This document shows positions 18,378 to 28,140 of a DNA stretch of 64,000 nt, piece by piece. A model generated the notes under the pieces. It searched no databases and was not told the DNA's origin. It worked only from the letters and a program-made list of their open reading frames with translations. The translations under genes and the position numbers were made by a program. The stretch lies in the IMG/VR virus record IMGVR_UViG_3300042445_002563; one strand, given 5' to 3'. Each line of letters opens with the position of its first letter. Positions within the stretch are counted from its first letter, which is position 1. The stretch comes from an uncultured virus (IMG/VR IMGVR_UViG_3300042445_002563). Taxonomy: Duplodnaviria > Heunggongvirae > Uroviricota > Caudoviricetes.

Positions 18378-19033
18378 AACATTTGGTAAGTTATGTATCG
18401 GGGTGTGCTGGAGATTTTGTTGTGAATTGCTGTAACCATCAATGGAATCAATCAATTGGCACAAACGGGCGTGTCACACAGTCTGCATCTGTAAAATTTC
18501 AAGATAATTCTCTGATTGATTCAGATTGGTTAGAGTTGTGCAACAATTTTTCTGAATCGTATGTTAGTACTCATTCTGTTGACAGATTGCTAAGACTTCC
18601 AGTGATACCAGTCTGGCTGGTTGTTCCCGACGCAAACAATTATGCTATATGGGCCAGGCGTGATTGTGCAACTAGACATTATAAACTATTATTAAGTCCA
18701 TTTGGTGATTTTTTTCTTAAAATAAAAGAATTGGTATTAGTAGGCCAAGCAACACATGCTGCTGAGATGTATCTTGATTGGATCACAGACTATAATTGGG
18801 CACTGATGCAAATGAGATTAGTACAAAACTCGAATAAAATAGATGTAAGTCATTTGCTTGAAAAAAATGGAATTGATAGTTTAATAGATCAAATGCCGCA
18901 TCTAAAATTAGTTACAGCACAATGTAAAAAATATCATAATGAGTGGTTAACCCGTCAAGTTGATTTGTCCGAGTCTTCGGTGATTGATCTTTTATCTATT
19001 AAATTATCAAAATTTGTAAATGAAGATTCTTAA
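18374..19033 (+). CDS. Hypothetical protein (AT-rich)
   Basis: 219-aa ORF overlapping the helicase stop. Confidence 0.65.
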   Translation: MKHLVSYVSGCAGDFVVNCCNHQWNQSIGTNGRVTQSASVKFQDNSLIDSDWLELCNNFSESYVSTHSVDRLLRLPVIPVWLVVPDANNYAIWARRDCATRHYKLLLSPFGDFFLKIKELVLVGQATHAAEMYLDWITDYNWALMQMRLVQNSNKIDVSHLLEKNGIDSLIDQMPHLKLVTAQCKKYHNEWLTRQVDLSESSVIDLLSIKLSKFVNEDS

Positions 19034-19081
19034 AGATCAAACCTGGTTGACTTTGACCCGCAACTACTGTATTATTACTAC

Positions 19082-19582
19082 ATGCGAATTTTAACACTAG
19101 ACAACACTTATTACAATCTCGATCACCTGCCCGAAGAAGTAGATGACATGAGATTTGCTATTTTAGACAATAGCGACCCCAAAGATCCTGACTATCATTT
19201 TATTCCCTTGATCTTTTTAGAAAGCTTTACTGCTCCTGCTCTGGTGCTGCGAATAGGTGACGCCACAATACGCATGCCCATGGACTGGCAGATCTTGATC
19301 GGTGAACCTGACGTGGGTGACCTTGAAGTACTGCCATTAACCAGCATCAATGATCGCGGCTTTAGAGTGTTTCAATTCAATCCACTCACAAGTTTTAGAC
19401 CCAGCTTTCCTGACATCGAAATTGTGGATGTGTACCAAGAAGTCACGTGGTACGCACCCAAACTCAAGAATGGTCAGATGCTGGCCGTGCCGCTGAATGA
19501 CGATGCAGAACCCGACTGTGTTTACTTTGTGAAAGACGTCAGCCGCAACTGCGAGATTGTGGACTACAACAAAGCCTGGTAA
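19082..19582 (+). CDS. Conserved-looking hypothetical phage protein
   Basis: Preceded by TTGACT(19047)-N17-TATTAT(19070). Confidence 0.75.
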   Translation: MRILTLDNTYYNLDHLPEEVDDMRFAILDNSDPKDPDYHFIPLIFLESFTAPALVLRIGDATIRMPMDWQILIGEPDVGDLEVLPLTSINDRGFRVFQFNPLTSFRPSFPDIEIVDVYQEVTWYAPKLKNGQMLAVPLNDDAEPDCVYFVKDVSRNCEIVDYNKAW

Positions 19583-19583
19583 C

Positions 19584-19847
19584 ATGGGACAGCTCAAGCC
19601 AGACGCAACATACATTTACGAACGTGTGGGTGACACAGTGTTTAGAAGAGAGTTTGGGGCAGATCCCAACACACGTGAAGTAATGGGCTACGATTATCGC
19701 ACCAGCGATGGCAGACCCTTGCACGATCATTTAATGGATTCCAAGATGTGGGGCGAGATTCACCGAATGGCCAAAACCAATCCCACTTTACAAGATGCTA
19801 TAGATCGTGTTATTATGATTTATCAACTGAGCAAAACACATGAGTGA
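19584..19847 (+). CDS. Hypothetical protein
   Basis: Probable start ATG 19584 (MGQLKPDATYIYER). Confidence 0.7.
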   Translation: MGQLKPDATYIYERVGDTVFRREFGADPNTREVMGYDYRTSDGRPLHDHLMDSKMWGEIHRMAKTNPTLQDAIDRVIMIYQLSKTHE

Positions 19848-20286
19848 CAAGTTACACATTGGCAATGAGATGCGACAATTAGACATCAAGAACAGAGACT
19901 TCTATGATGAACTTGATTCTGATGAGCGCAAGAAATTCTCCACATTTTTAATGTTGCGCTGGGGCTCAGCAGTGGAAGGTTCTCGTGAACTGCAAGAATA
20001 CTATGTGCAAAGCTGCAACCACTATCTCAACAAACACTTTTTTGACATAGGTCGTCATCCCAAACTGCAATGGTTGTGCGCCACTGCTGTTAGTCCAGGC
20101 ATGGGCACTCCTCGACACAACTGGATTGCGCCCAAAAAGAAAGAAGCAGGACTCAGTGTGAAACGCCGGGCTCTGCAGGAAATCTTCCCACTCTACAAAG
20201 ACGACGAAATTGACGTCATGGCCAAAATCACCACACAAAAAGAAATTGATGATTACAATCGTGCAGCCGGACGAGACAAAAAGTAA
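19840..20286 (+). CDS. Possible clamp-loader small subunit (gp62-like)
   Basis: Size, F..FLMLRW...HPKLQW...W..PKK pattern and replication context; the assignment is weak. Confidence 0.4.
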   Translation: MSDKLHIGNEMRQLDIKNRDFYDELDSDERKKFSTFLMLRWGSAVEGSRELQEYYVQSCNHYLNKHFFDIGRHPKLQWLCATAVSPGMGTPRHNWIAPKKKEAGLSVKRRALQEIFPLYKDDEIDVMAKITTQKEIDDYNRAAGRDKK

Positions 20287-20956
20287 ATTCGCATGTGAAT
20301 ACTGCAAGAAAGAGTTTGCAAGAGAAACCTCAATTGCAGTACACATGTGCGAGCCCAAGCGCAGGCATCAAAGCCGCAATGAGGCAGGTGTTCGGTTGGG
20401 CTTTCAAAGTTACATACGTTTTTACGAAATTGCAGCAGGTTCGGCTCGCACCAAAGATTTTGACACGTTTGTGACATCGGCCTACTACAGAGCATTTGTA
20501 AAGTTTGGTCGCTATTGTGTGGATACCCGTGTGATAAATCCCCCGCGGTTCATTGACTGGCTGCTCAAGCACAACAAAAAAATTGACTACTGGTGTAGCG
20601 ATCGTGTGTACACTGAGTACTTGATTGCACACCTGCAGACGGAAGCAGTGGATGATGCCTTGGCCCGAGCAATTGAATACAGCATGACCTGGCAAGAAAA
20701 CACAGGCCATCCTGCACATGATTGCATGCGTTACGGTAATACCAATGCAGCATGCCATGCAATAACATCGGGAAGAATAAGTCCATGGGTAATTTATAAC
20801 TCAGAATCGGGACAAAAGTTTTTGAGCAGCCTGGATCCCACTCAGGTGGCCATGATCTGGAGTTATATTGACAGTGATGCCTGGCAAAAACGTTTTAGAG
20901 ATCACCCTGAAGATCAAGCATATGCACAAGAAATCTTAACCAAGGCAGGATGGTAA
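20249..20956 (+). CDS. Zinc-finger protein of unknown function
   Basis: FACEYCKKEF...H.C motif; start uncertain. Confidence 0.65.
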   Translation: MITIVQPDETKSKFACEYCKKEFARETSIAVHMCEPKRRHQSRNEAGVRLGFQSYIRFYEIAAGSARTKDFDTFVTSAYYRAFVKFGRYCVDTRVINPPRFIDWLLKHNKKIDYWCSDRVYTEYLIAHLQTEAVDDALARAIEYSMTWQENTGHPAHDCMRYGNTNAACHAITSGRISPWVIYNSESGQKFLSSLDPTQVAMIWSYIDSDAWQKRFRDHPEDQAYAQEILTKAGW

Positions 20957-20957
20957 C

Positions 20958-21308
20958 ATGATTCAAGGAATAATACCCGGTACAGGGTTAGTAACCACAG
21001 GCGGCAGCTCTATGCAGCCGTATATAAGCCCAGGATCTCAGAGTGCTGGAATATTACGGTACAATACAAGTTTAAAAAATATAGAAGTGTATGACGGTGT
21101 CAGCTGGCTAACGTTGTCCTGCAGCCATACTCAGATAAGTCTTGACGGTCCAACACAGGAAGCTGTCCAGTGGGTTCGTCGTCGAATGGAACAAGAAAAA
21201 CGCCTAGAAGAGTTGGCCAGACAACATCCTGCTGTGGCCGATGCAGCAGCCGCAGTGGCACAGGCACAGGAACAACTGGACATAGTGACTGCACTGGTAC
21301 AACAATGA
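20958..21308 (+). CDS. Hypothetical protein
   Basis: G.LRYN.....EVYDG.SW motif and C-terminal coiled coil. Confidence 0.7.
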   Translation: MIQGIIPGTGLVTTGGSSMQPYISPGSQSAGILRYNTSLKNIEVYDGVSWLTLSCSHTQISLDGPTQEAVQWVRRRMEQEKRLEELARQHPAVADAAAAVAQAQEQLDIVTALVQQ

Positions 21309-21883
21309 GCGCAGACATTGACATTGACTTTGCTGACCGCGAACACATACTGAAATTGATTCAGCACACACCTGCACGGCAGATCACAGATGGAAGACCC
21401 AGACGTCACAATTCGGGTGTGTATGTCACTGATATTCCTTACGATCCTGTAAATCAGTGTGCAGCCATAGACTATGAGTCAGCAGAGGCTCGTGGTTACT
21501 TTAAAATTGACTTTTTGAACATGAGTGTGTATCAGTTGATTCGTGATCAAGCACATTATGATCAATTGCTGGCGCAAGAGCCAAACTGGGCAAGATTATG
21601 GACTGATTCTGCCTGGGCCAGCCAACTGGTGCATGTGGGAAATTATACTGATTTGTTGCAACAAATGCGGCCGGACTCTATTGCAAGAATGGCAGCATTT
21701 ATATCGGTTATTCGTCCGGGCAAAGCACACTTACAGGGTCAGCCCTGGGATCAAGTGTTCAAATCAGTCTGGGACGGTGACACCAGTCGGGGCTACACAT
21801 TCAAGAAGAGTCACAGCCTAAGCTACGCAATGTTGGTTGCCTTGCACATGAGTTTGCTCAGTCAAGACGTCGAACCAGTGTGA
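21305..21883 (+). CDS. Miniature DNA polymerase III alpha (DnaE) catalytic-core-like protein, 192 aa
   Basis: DIDIDF, RHNSGVYV, GYFKIDFLN, IRPG and YTFKKSHSLSYA match DnaE motifs; start ATG 21305 overlaps the upstream stop. Confidence 0.85.
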   Translation: MSADIDIDFADREHILKLIQHTPARQITDGRPRRHNSGVYVTDIPYDPVNQCAAIDYESAEARGYFKIDFLNMSVYQLIRDQAHYDQLLAQEPNWARLWTDSAWASQLVHVGNYTDLLQQMRPDSIARMAAFISVIRPGKAHLQGQPWDQVFKSVWDGDTSRGYTFKKSHSLSYAMLVALHMSLLSQDVEPV

Positions 21884-22235
21884 TGCTTCTGCGTTTGGTC
21901 TTTTTGCGAGCAATGTCAGACAAACTGCAAGCAGGACCGTGTAAGATTTCCAGGTCTTTGTTGACAAAAGTTCGCAATGTGCTGCGGAATTTGTCCCAGT
22001 CCCTGCGTAAAAAGATGTTGATGGGAATAGATCGATTGCTTTCCCACCACCAGGTGGATGCAAGTTCTAGAAATCCCAGCTTGTCTTCCTGAGCCATCAC
22101 AGCACCAAAATCGTAGATAGTGGTCACGTCATCATCTCTATTTTGTACCACGCCCACATACTCTGTATTGGCATAAACGCATAGTGTTATAAACGGATAT
22201 TTTTCTGTTAGCTTTTGGAATATGTTATTGCCCAT
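21858..22235 (-). CDS. Hypothetical protein
   Basis: WWWESNRSIPINIFL motif; TAAATA 6 nt upstream on the minus strand. Confidence 0.75.
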   Translation of the reverse strand: MGNNIFQKLTEKYPFITLCVYANTEYVGVVQNRDDDVTTIYDFGAVMAQEDKLGFLELASTWWWESNRSIPINIFLRRDWDKFRSTLRTFVNKDLEILHGPACSLSDIARKKTKRRSITLVRRLD

Positions 22236-22241
22236 TGCGGT

Positions 22242-22261
22242 TATTTATGGTCTGCTAAATA
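22242..22261. promoter_or_regulatory. Back-to-back late-type promoters
   Basis: TATTTA 22242-22247 (minus-strand TAAATA) and TAAATA 22256-22261, each 5-6 nt from a divergent ATG. Confidence 0.65.
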
Positions 22262-22266
22262 CAACA

Positions 22267-23343
22267 ATGTATTCCACAACCGTTTATCTTTATCAACAAA
22301 TCACCAGAGTATTACTGGTAGACACCACGGGTGGATATTTTCAAGCGAGGTATGATCCAGTGTACGCAAAAACTTTAACAGTAAACAAAGGTGTTGACAA
22401 TGTGTTGCTCTTTGAATTCATCAACCAGGATCAAAAGCCTGTAAACATCACAGGGTCTACATTTCGATTCCGACTGATGAATCAAACAGGCGATCAGCTG
22501 TTGGTGGAAAAAAACATGGACGTGCTCAGTGCCGCAACAGGGCGTGTGCGACTGGTACTTGCCCCAGAAGATACCAATGACATTGTGGCCCAACCTGGCA
22601 GCTACAGCATAGAACGCATACAAGGCAGTTATCATCAGGCAGTGTTTACCGATGCCAATGCAGGAGCCCGTGCGGACTGTAATGTTGTGGATTCGATATA
22701 CCCTGAGTTTGTGCCCAGTCAAGAGGTTACTATACCCACTATCACTGGCAAAAATCAAACTGTGAGTGCAGCACCAACAGGTTGGCCTGATTGGGCTCTC
22801 AATCCACAACCACTCAACAGTACACAACGAACAGAGTTTTATTCCAGTCATATGACCACCAACAGTTCCAGTCTGACCACAGTCAAAATGGACCTGGTGC
22901 ATTACACAGGCACACTCAAACTACAGGCAGCACAGGACTACGAATCAGAATTCTACAATGTGACAGAAAGTCGTGAGTATTTGGATGCTACTGAATCTGT
23001 TTATTTCAATGCTGTGGGCTATCATCCCCTGTTGAGAATTGCCCTGAACACATCGCTTGGCTACGGGGCCACAGCTCAAGCCACAGTGGTAGATGGTGTG
23101 GTCACTGCAATACTGTTGACCAATGCTGGTAATTCTTATGTGGCTCCTCCTTATGTGCAAATTCTGGGCTACGGTGCTGGTGCCACAGCAGTGGCTGCTT
23201 TGAATCCAGGCGGCGCCGGCACAGTGGCCAACGTCACTGTGACCACGGGCGGTTCAGGTTACGTGCCCATCCAGTTTGAAGGATCTACTGCAGCCACAGT
23301 GTTGTTGTCAAACGGCTTGGTTGAGAATATTCAATACCGATAA
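22267..23343 (+). CDS. Virion structural protein (baseplate/tail-associated)
   Basis: Beta-rich with N.DQKPVNITG and G.GY...P repeats; probable start 22267. Confidence 0.6.
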   Translation: MYSTTVYLYQQITRVLLVDTTGGYFQARYDPVYAKTLTVNKGVDNVLLFEFINQDQKPVNITGSTFRFRLMNQTGDQLLVEKNMDVLSAATGRVRLVLAPEDTNDIVAQPGSYSIERIQGSYHQAVFTDANAGARADCNVVDSIYPEFVPSQEVTIPTITGKNQTVSAAPTGWPDWALNPQPLNSTQRTEFYSSHMTTNSSSLTTVKMDLVHYTGTLKLQAAQDYESEFYNVTESREYLDATESVYFNAVGYHPLLRIALNTSLGYGATAQATVVDGVVTAILLTNAGNSYVAPPYVQILGYGAGATAVAALNPGGAGTVANVTVTTGGSGYVPIQFEGSTAATVLLSNGLVENIQYR

Positions 23344-23382
23344 TCGTTGTTTTTGTACACAAACTCTGTTATACTATAACAG

Positions 23383-24369
23383 ATGATTGACATTACACAG
23401 TACTTGCCCGGCAAAAGAAAGCAGACCCCTTCGGGCTGGATCAGCTTCAATGCTCCTTGCTGTACACAAAATGGGCAATCGGCTGATGCTCGACAACGAG
23501 GCGGATTAAAATCAACTGATCAAGGTTGGAGCTATCACTGCTTCAACTGTGGGTACACCGCTAGCTTTATCCTTGGCCGTACACTAAGTTTCAAGGCCCG
23601 CAGGCTCTTGGGATGGATGGGTGTGCCTGAACGTGAAATAGAATTGGTCAATCTTGAAAGCTTGCGGCATCGCAGCATCTACGGTATTGTAGAAGATAGA
23701 CAACGTGTGGCCAACGTATTGCAAGACATTGATTTTGAAGAACGTGAACTGCCACCTGCGTCAGAACTGATCACTCAAGAGCATCCCAAGTACTGGGAAT
23801 ACTGTCGTGATAGATTTGTGCCTGAAGATTTTCCCATGATGACGCCCATACGCACTGATGGAGTCCACTGGATCAGACCCTGCGTGATTGTGCCGTTTAC
23901 ACACAACAACAAGATTGTGGGATTCACTGCTAGATTTCTAGATAACAAGATTCCCAAGTATATTAATCAAACACAACCTGGATATGTGTTTGGTACTGAT
24001 CTACAGCACCCAGGGTGGCAACATGTATTGGTCATGGAAGGTATATTTGATGCGCTCAGTATTGGCGGCCTTGCTGTGATGCACAACGATATTAATGATG
24101 CACAAGCAAGATTGATTCGTAGCTTGGGCAGAGAAATCACAGTAGTTCCTGACCAGGACAACGCTGGATTAGAACTTATTGACAGAGCAATGGAACTGAA
24201 CTGGGCAGTGAGCATACCCAACTGGTCTGCAGAGGTCAAAGATGTCAACGATGCCGTGAAGAAATATGGTAAGTTAGGAACACTGATAACTATCATGCAA
24301 GCTAGAGAAACATCCAAGATCAAAATTGAATTAAGAAAGAAACAACTTGTTAAAAGACTACGGAACTGA
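23383..24369 (+). CDS. DNA primase (Zn finger + TOPRIM)
   Basis: PCC...YHCFNCG, EGIFDA, PDQD..G and KDVND. Confidence 0.85.
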   Translation: MIDITQYLPGKRKQTPSGWISFNAPCCTQNGQSADARQRGGLKSTDQGWSYHCFNCGYTASFILGRTLSFKARRLLGWMGVPEREIELVNLESLRHRSIYGIVEDRQRVANVLQDIDFEERELPPASELITQEHPKYWEYCRDRFVPEDFPMMTPIRTDGVHWIRPCVIVPFTHNNKIVGFTARFLDNKIPKYINQTQPGYVFGTDLQHPGWQHVLVMEGIFDALSIGGLAVMHNDINDAQARLIRSLGREITVVPDQDNAGLELIDRAMELNWAVSIPNWSAEVKDVNDAVKKYGKLGTLITIMQARETSKIKIELRKKQLVKRLRN

Positions 24370-25792
24370 TGTACAACGACTGTTCCTGGAGATGATACTT
24401 CAGGATGCAGAAAGTTATGTTCGTGTGCAGAACATCTACAATCCAGAAAACTTTGATCGTAGCGTAAGACCTGCGGCTGAATTTATCAAGTCACACAGTG
24501 CGGATCACGGCACCTTGCCCACTGCTGCGCAAATTGCTGCAACCACAGGAATCAAACTACAGCATCTAGATGAATTCAATGAAGGACATCATGCCTGGTT
24601 CATGGAGGAGTTTGAAAACTTTACCAAGCGACAGGAACTGGAACGTGCTATCTTGAAAGCAGCAGACCTGTTGGAAAAAGGCGACTATGATCCTGTGGAA
24701 AAACTGATCAAGGATGCTGTGCAGATCAGTCTGACCAAGGACATGGGCACAGATTACTTTGCAGATCCCAGTGCTCGTATCAACCGGTACTTCAACGCTG
24801 GAGGGCAAGTTTCAACAGGTTGGCCACAAATGGATCGACTGCTGTATGGCGGATTCAGTCGTGGAGAACTGAACATCTTTGCCGGAGGGTCTGGCTCGGG
24901 AAAAAGTCTTGTGATGATGAACATTGCCTTGAACTGGTTGCAACAAGGCCTAAGTGGTGTGTACATTACACTGGAACTTTCGGAAGAACTAACCAGTTTG
25001 CGCAGTGATGCAATGCTGACCAGCATGAGCACCAAGGAGATTCGCAAGGACATTGAGACCACAGCGCTCAAGGTCAAAATGATTCAAAAGAAGTCTGGAC
25101 AGTATCGTGTGAAAGGTTTGCCAGCACAAAGCAATGTGAATGACATTCGTGCTTACTTGAAAGAAGTACAAATACAAACAGGTATCCGTGTAGACTTTGT
25201 GATGGTGGATTATCTTGACTTGGTCATGCCTGTGAGTGCCAAGGTCAGTCCCAACGATCTCTTTGTGAAAGACAAGTATGTGAGTGAAGAACTGCGTAAC
25301 CTGGCCAAGGAACTGGGCATTTTGTTGGTAACAGCCAGTCAGTTGAACAGATCAGCAGTGGAAGAAATGGAATTTGATCACAGTCATATTTCTGGTGGCA
25401 TCAGCAAAATCAACACAGCAGACAATGTGTTTGGTATCTTTACCAGTCGCTCCATGAAAGAGCGCGGCAAGTATCAAATACAGTGCATGAAATCTCGAAG
25501 CTCGACCGGCGTTGGTCAAAAAATTGATCTGGAGTACAACATTGAAACCATGCGCATTACTGATGAAGGCGGAGACGAAAACGGCTACAACAAACCGCAA
25601 AGTTCAATCATGGATAGTATCAAGGCCAAGAGCCAGGTTGCTGCAAGCTCCGATTCGGCCTGGGCGGCACCTGCAGGCGGCACACATGTCTGGGACAAGC
25701 CCATGGTCAAGCAGGGAGATGTTGCTAAGGTCAGTGGTGACGTTCAAAGCGCCAAACTAAAACAGTTGCTGGGACAGATCAAGGCGTCATGA
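24347..25792 (+). CDS. Replicative DNA helicase (DnaB/gp41-like)
   Basis: GGSGSGKS, ITLELSE, VDYLDL, TASQLNR and KSR. Confidence 0.9.
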   Translation: MLKDYGTDVQRLFLEMILQDAESYVRVQNIYNPENFDRSVRPAAEFIKSHSADHGTLPTAAQIAATTGIKLQHLDEFNEGHHAWFMEEFENFTKRQELERAILKAADLLEKGDYDPVEKLIKDAVQISLTKDMGTDYFADPSARINRYFNAGGQVSTGWPQMDRLLYGGFSRGELNIFAGGSGSGKSLVMMNIALNWLQQGLSGVYITLELSEELTSLRSDAMLTSMSTKEIRKDIETTALKVKMIQKKSGQYRVKGLPAQSNVNDIRAYLKEVQIQTGIRVDFVMVDYLDLVMPVSAKVSPNDLFVKDKYVSEELRNLAKELGILLVTASQLNRSAVEEMEFDHSHISGGISKINTADNVFGIFTSRSMKERGKYQIQCMKSRSSTGVGQKIDLEYNIETMRITDEGGDENGYNKPQSSIMDSIKAKSQVAASSDSAWAAPAGGTHVWDKPMVKQGDVAKVSGDVQSAKLKQLLGQIKAS

Positions 25793-25793
25793 T

Positions 25794-26882
25794 ATGATAA
25801 ATCAATTTTGTAGATACTTATCCAATGGGTATTCGTTTCAAATTGGCAGAAACAATGAGGTTGGTGTTAACCCTTGTTGTCTTTACCAGCGTAAAGGGAT
25901 ATTGCTAGGTACGGATTTGTTGAAGGACAGACAGGAAAGATTAAACACAATAACAGACTGGACTCCTGAATGTAACCGTTGCCGCGTATTAGAACAAGCT
26001 GGACAACAAAGTCTTAGACAAAGTGGCGTTGATTGGATTGACAACGATGAAACATCCCTTGATCCGGTCAGTATAGACATACATCTTGACAACGAGTGTA
26101 ATGCAGCGTGTGTGATTTGCAAGAAAGAATCCAGCTCTTTGTGGCTCAAGGAAACTCAAAAACTCAACAATCAACCGGTAAAATTTCACAGTGATAAAAC
26201 AATTGTTGATCAGTACATTGCCAAAATTGTAAAAGCTGTGTCCTTGGACAAAATTAAATATATCAAATTTTTTGGCGGCGAACCACTATTTACAGACACA
26301 CATCTTAGATTTTTAGAACATATTTCAAATCCTGGCCAGGTCACCTTGCACTACACAACAAATGGGTCAATATATCCCAATGATGAAACCCTGGCAATGT
26401 GGCGCAACTTTAAAACAGTGATCTTTGCAGCCAGCATAGACGGAATAGAACAACAGTTTGATTATGTGCGTTGGCCTCTGCCCTGGAACAAAGTCAGTGA
26501 CAATCTGTTGCGTATCAAACACAATCCAGACATTCGGAACGTGATGTTTAGAATTGAATTCACAGTTAATTTTCTTAATGCCTATTATTTTGACCGCGTA
26601 GAAACATGGATCTCAGAAAATTTGGCCACAAACTACGGCGGTGGTAAAACAGAAATAAATGTTCATCCCTGTCATGGAATATGGGACCTAAACAAAATGT
26701 CTCCAGGTATTAGACATTTGATTTTGACAAAATACCCTAGCACTCACGTGATACACAAAATGATTAGCAATTTGCCGCAGACGTTGACCTTGCATGAATG
26801 GCGAGATTTTGTTGCCACCTGGGATTCAAGGCGTAACAACAGCTGGAAAACAGCATTTCCGGACCTGGTAGATTTGATTTAA
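25794..26882 (+). CDS. Radical SAM protein, paralogue of 15732..16859
   Basis: PCC...CNRC, CNAACVIC, GGEP, YTTNG and SIDG. Confidence 0.9.
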   Translation: MINQFCRYLSNGYSFQIGRNNEVGVNPCCLYQRKGILLGTDLLKDRQERLNTITDWTPECNRCRVLEQAGQQSLRQSGVDWIDNDETSLDPVSIDIHLDNECNAACVICKKESSSLWLKETQKLNNQPVKFHSDKTIVDQYIAKIVKAVSLDKIKYIKFFGGEPLFTDTHLRFLEHISNPGQVTLHYTTNGSIYPNDETLAMWRNFKTVIFAASIDGIEQQFDYVRWPLPWNKVSDNLLRIKHNPDIRNVMFRIEFTVNFLNAYYFDRVETWISENLATNYGGGKTEINVHPCHGIWDLNKMSPGIRHLILTKYPSTHVIHKMISNLPQTLTLHEWRDFVATWDSRRNNSWKTAFPDLVDLI

Positions 26883-26898
26883 AACGCCGAACTTGAGT

Positions 26899-27822
26899 TT
26901 ACGCCACAGCGCCTTTGACCACAGCATAGCGTAGCACCAGTGCTTCAGCAAGACCACCAGCGGTGTTGTTTCTGACATAGATGGTGGCACTACCGGCTGC
27001 ACATGCGGCATCAAGAGTGTACGACCCAATGGTTCCACCAGACACATGATTAATAACCAACAAGTCAGTGGCAGCAATTGTGCTATTGGTCAATACAAAA
27101 CTCACTATGGTAGCAGCGGCCAAGTTGGTGTTTTGCATAGTAATTTGACCACTGGGTTTGTTTAGTGTAACACCGGTGGCTTTGTTAGTGGCCTGAGTCA
27201 CAGTGCCACCACCTCCAGCAACATACCCAAATGGGTTGGTATACGCAGTGAGAGCACGATTCAGATCAAATATGGTTATCACAGTTCCAGAATCAACCGT
27301 GGAGAATTCAAATTGATAAGTTCCAGTCGCTGCAAAAGTAATCACGTTTGCAGAGTACCCTTGAATGCCTGTGGTGCCTAGACTGACCGCAGCGGGCAAG
27401 GTCAAGGTGTATGCTGTGTTGGTAATGGCAATGCTCAGTCTGATTATGCCGGCTGACCCGGATGGGGGAAAGTTTGTAAAACTCAGACTCACAGACCCTG
27501 ATGTGGTAATAGATTGAAACTGACCAGCAGCATAATCGATTGCAATTGCACCGGCTGTTGCAGTGAGTGCAACATACGTGTAACTCACGTCGTTTAATTT
27601 AACGGCGTAAATCAAGTTGTCTGACATGTTGTTGTCCAGAGTAGTACCAGCCAGGGCCTGTTTTAGCACCGACTTGTTTTGTAAGTCAGTAATTTCCTGG
27701 GCAGCATACTGAAAATTGGTTGCAGTTTCTGTAAAGTTTGATCTAAAGCCCTGTGTGTTGTTGGGCACACCGGGTACTGGATAATTACCGTCGATGTTGT
27801 TGGGGTTGATTTGGCTGGTCAT
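26899..27822 (-). CDS. Virion structural / tail-fibre-like protein
   Basis: T/S/G/A-rich, with ID.NYPV.G..N.TQGFR.NF N-terminus; TAAATA and GAGGA upstream on the minus strand. Confidence 0.65.
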   Translation of the reverse strand: MTSQINPNNIDGNYPVPGVPNNTQGFRSNFTETATNFQYAAQEITDLQNKSVLKQALAGTTLDNNMSDNLIYAVKLNDVSYTYVALTATAGAIAIDYAAGQFQSITTSGSVSLSFTNFPPSGSAGIIRLSIAITNTAYTLTLPAAVSLGTTGIQGYSANVITFAATGTYQFEFSTVDSGTVITIFDLNRALTAYTNPFGYVAGGGGTVTQATNKATGVTLNKPSGQITMQNTNLAAATIVSFVLTNSTIAATDLLVINHVSGGTIGSYTLDAACAAGSATIYVRNNTAGGLAEALVLRYAVVKGAVA

Positions 27823-27891
27823 TGATTGTGTCCTCGTTGTAGATATTTATTCCCAAAGGGTCTGCGCTAAATAATACAAAGGTCCGCCGAA

Positions 27892-28140
27892 ATGCAAAAA
27901 AAGACACGCAGTATACTAGAAGAACTGGACACGTTGTATGTAGAACGTGATCGCCGTTTGTTGATTGAAAATCGTGCCAGCAACTTGATTGATTCTGCCA
28001 TACGATTACTGGAGCAGATTGAATTGGAGTATTCAACTGAGCAAGCGGACAATCTCACTAGAAAACTACTGAATGCCATTCGCACTCGAGATTCTGGTAA
28101 ATTTTCAAGATCTGTCAGGAGAACACATGCAGATTCATGA
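27892..28140 (+). CDS. Hypothetical protein
   Basis: RSILEEL...RKLLNAIR; TAAATA at 27868-27873. Confidence 0.7.
   Translation: MQKKTRSILEELDTLYVERDRRLLIENRASNLIDSAIRLLEQIELEYSTEQADNLTRKLLNAIRTRDSGKFSRSVRRTHADS

Noticed and set aside
19082..19582. Intein/Hint-like segment (LVLRIGDATIRMPMDWQIL)
   Set aside because: No N-terminal Cys/Ser, no TxxH and no terminal HN; the resemblance is too weak to call.
21170..21304. Upstream extensions in the ORF track (also 15678, 22222, 28073, 32263, 50787, 62868)
   Set aside because: They overlap upstream genes, promoters or terminators; downstream ATGs have an RBS, a promoter or a stop-start overlap.
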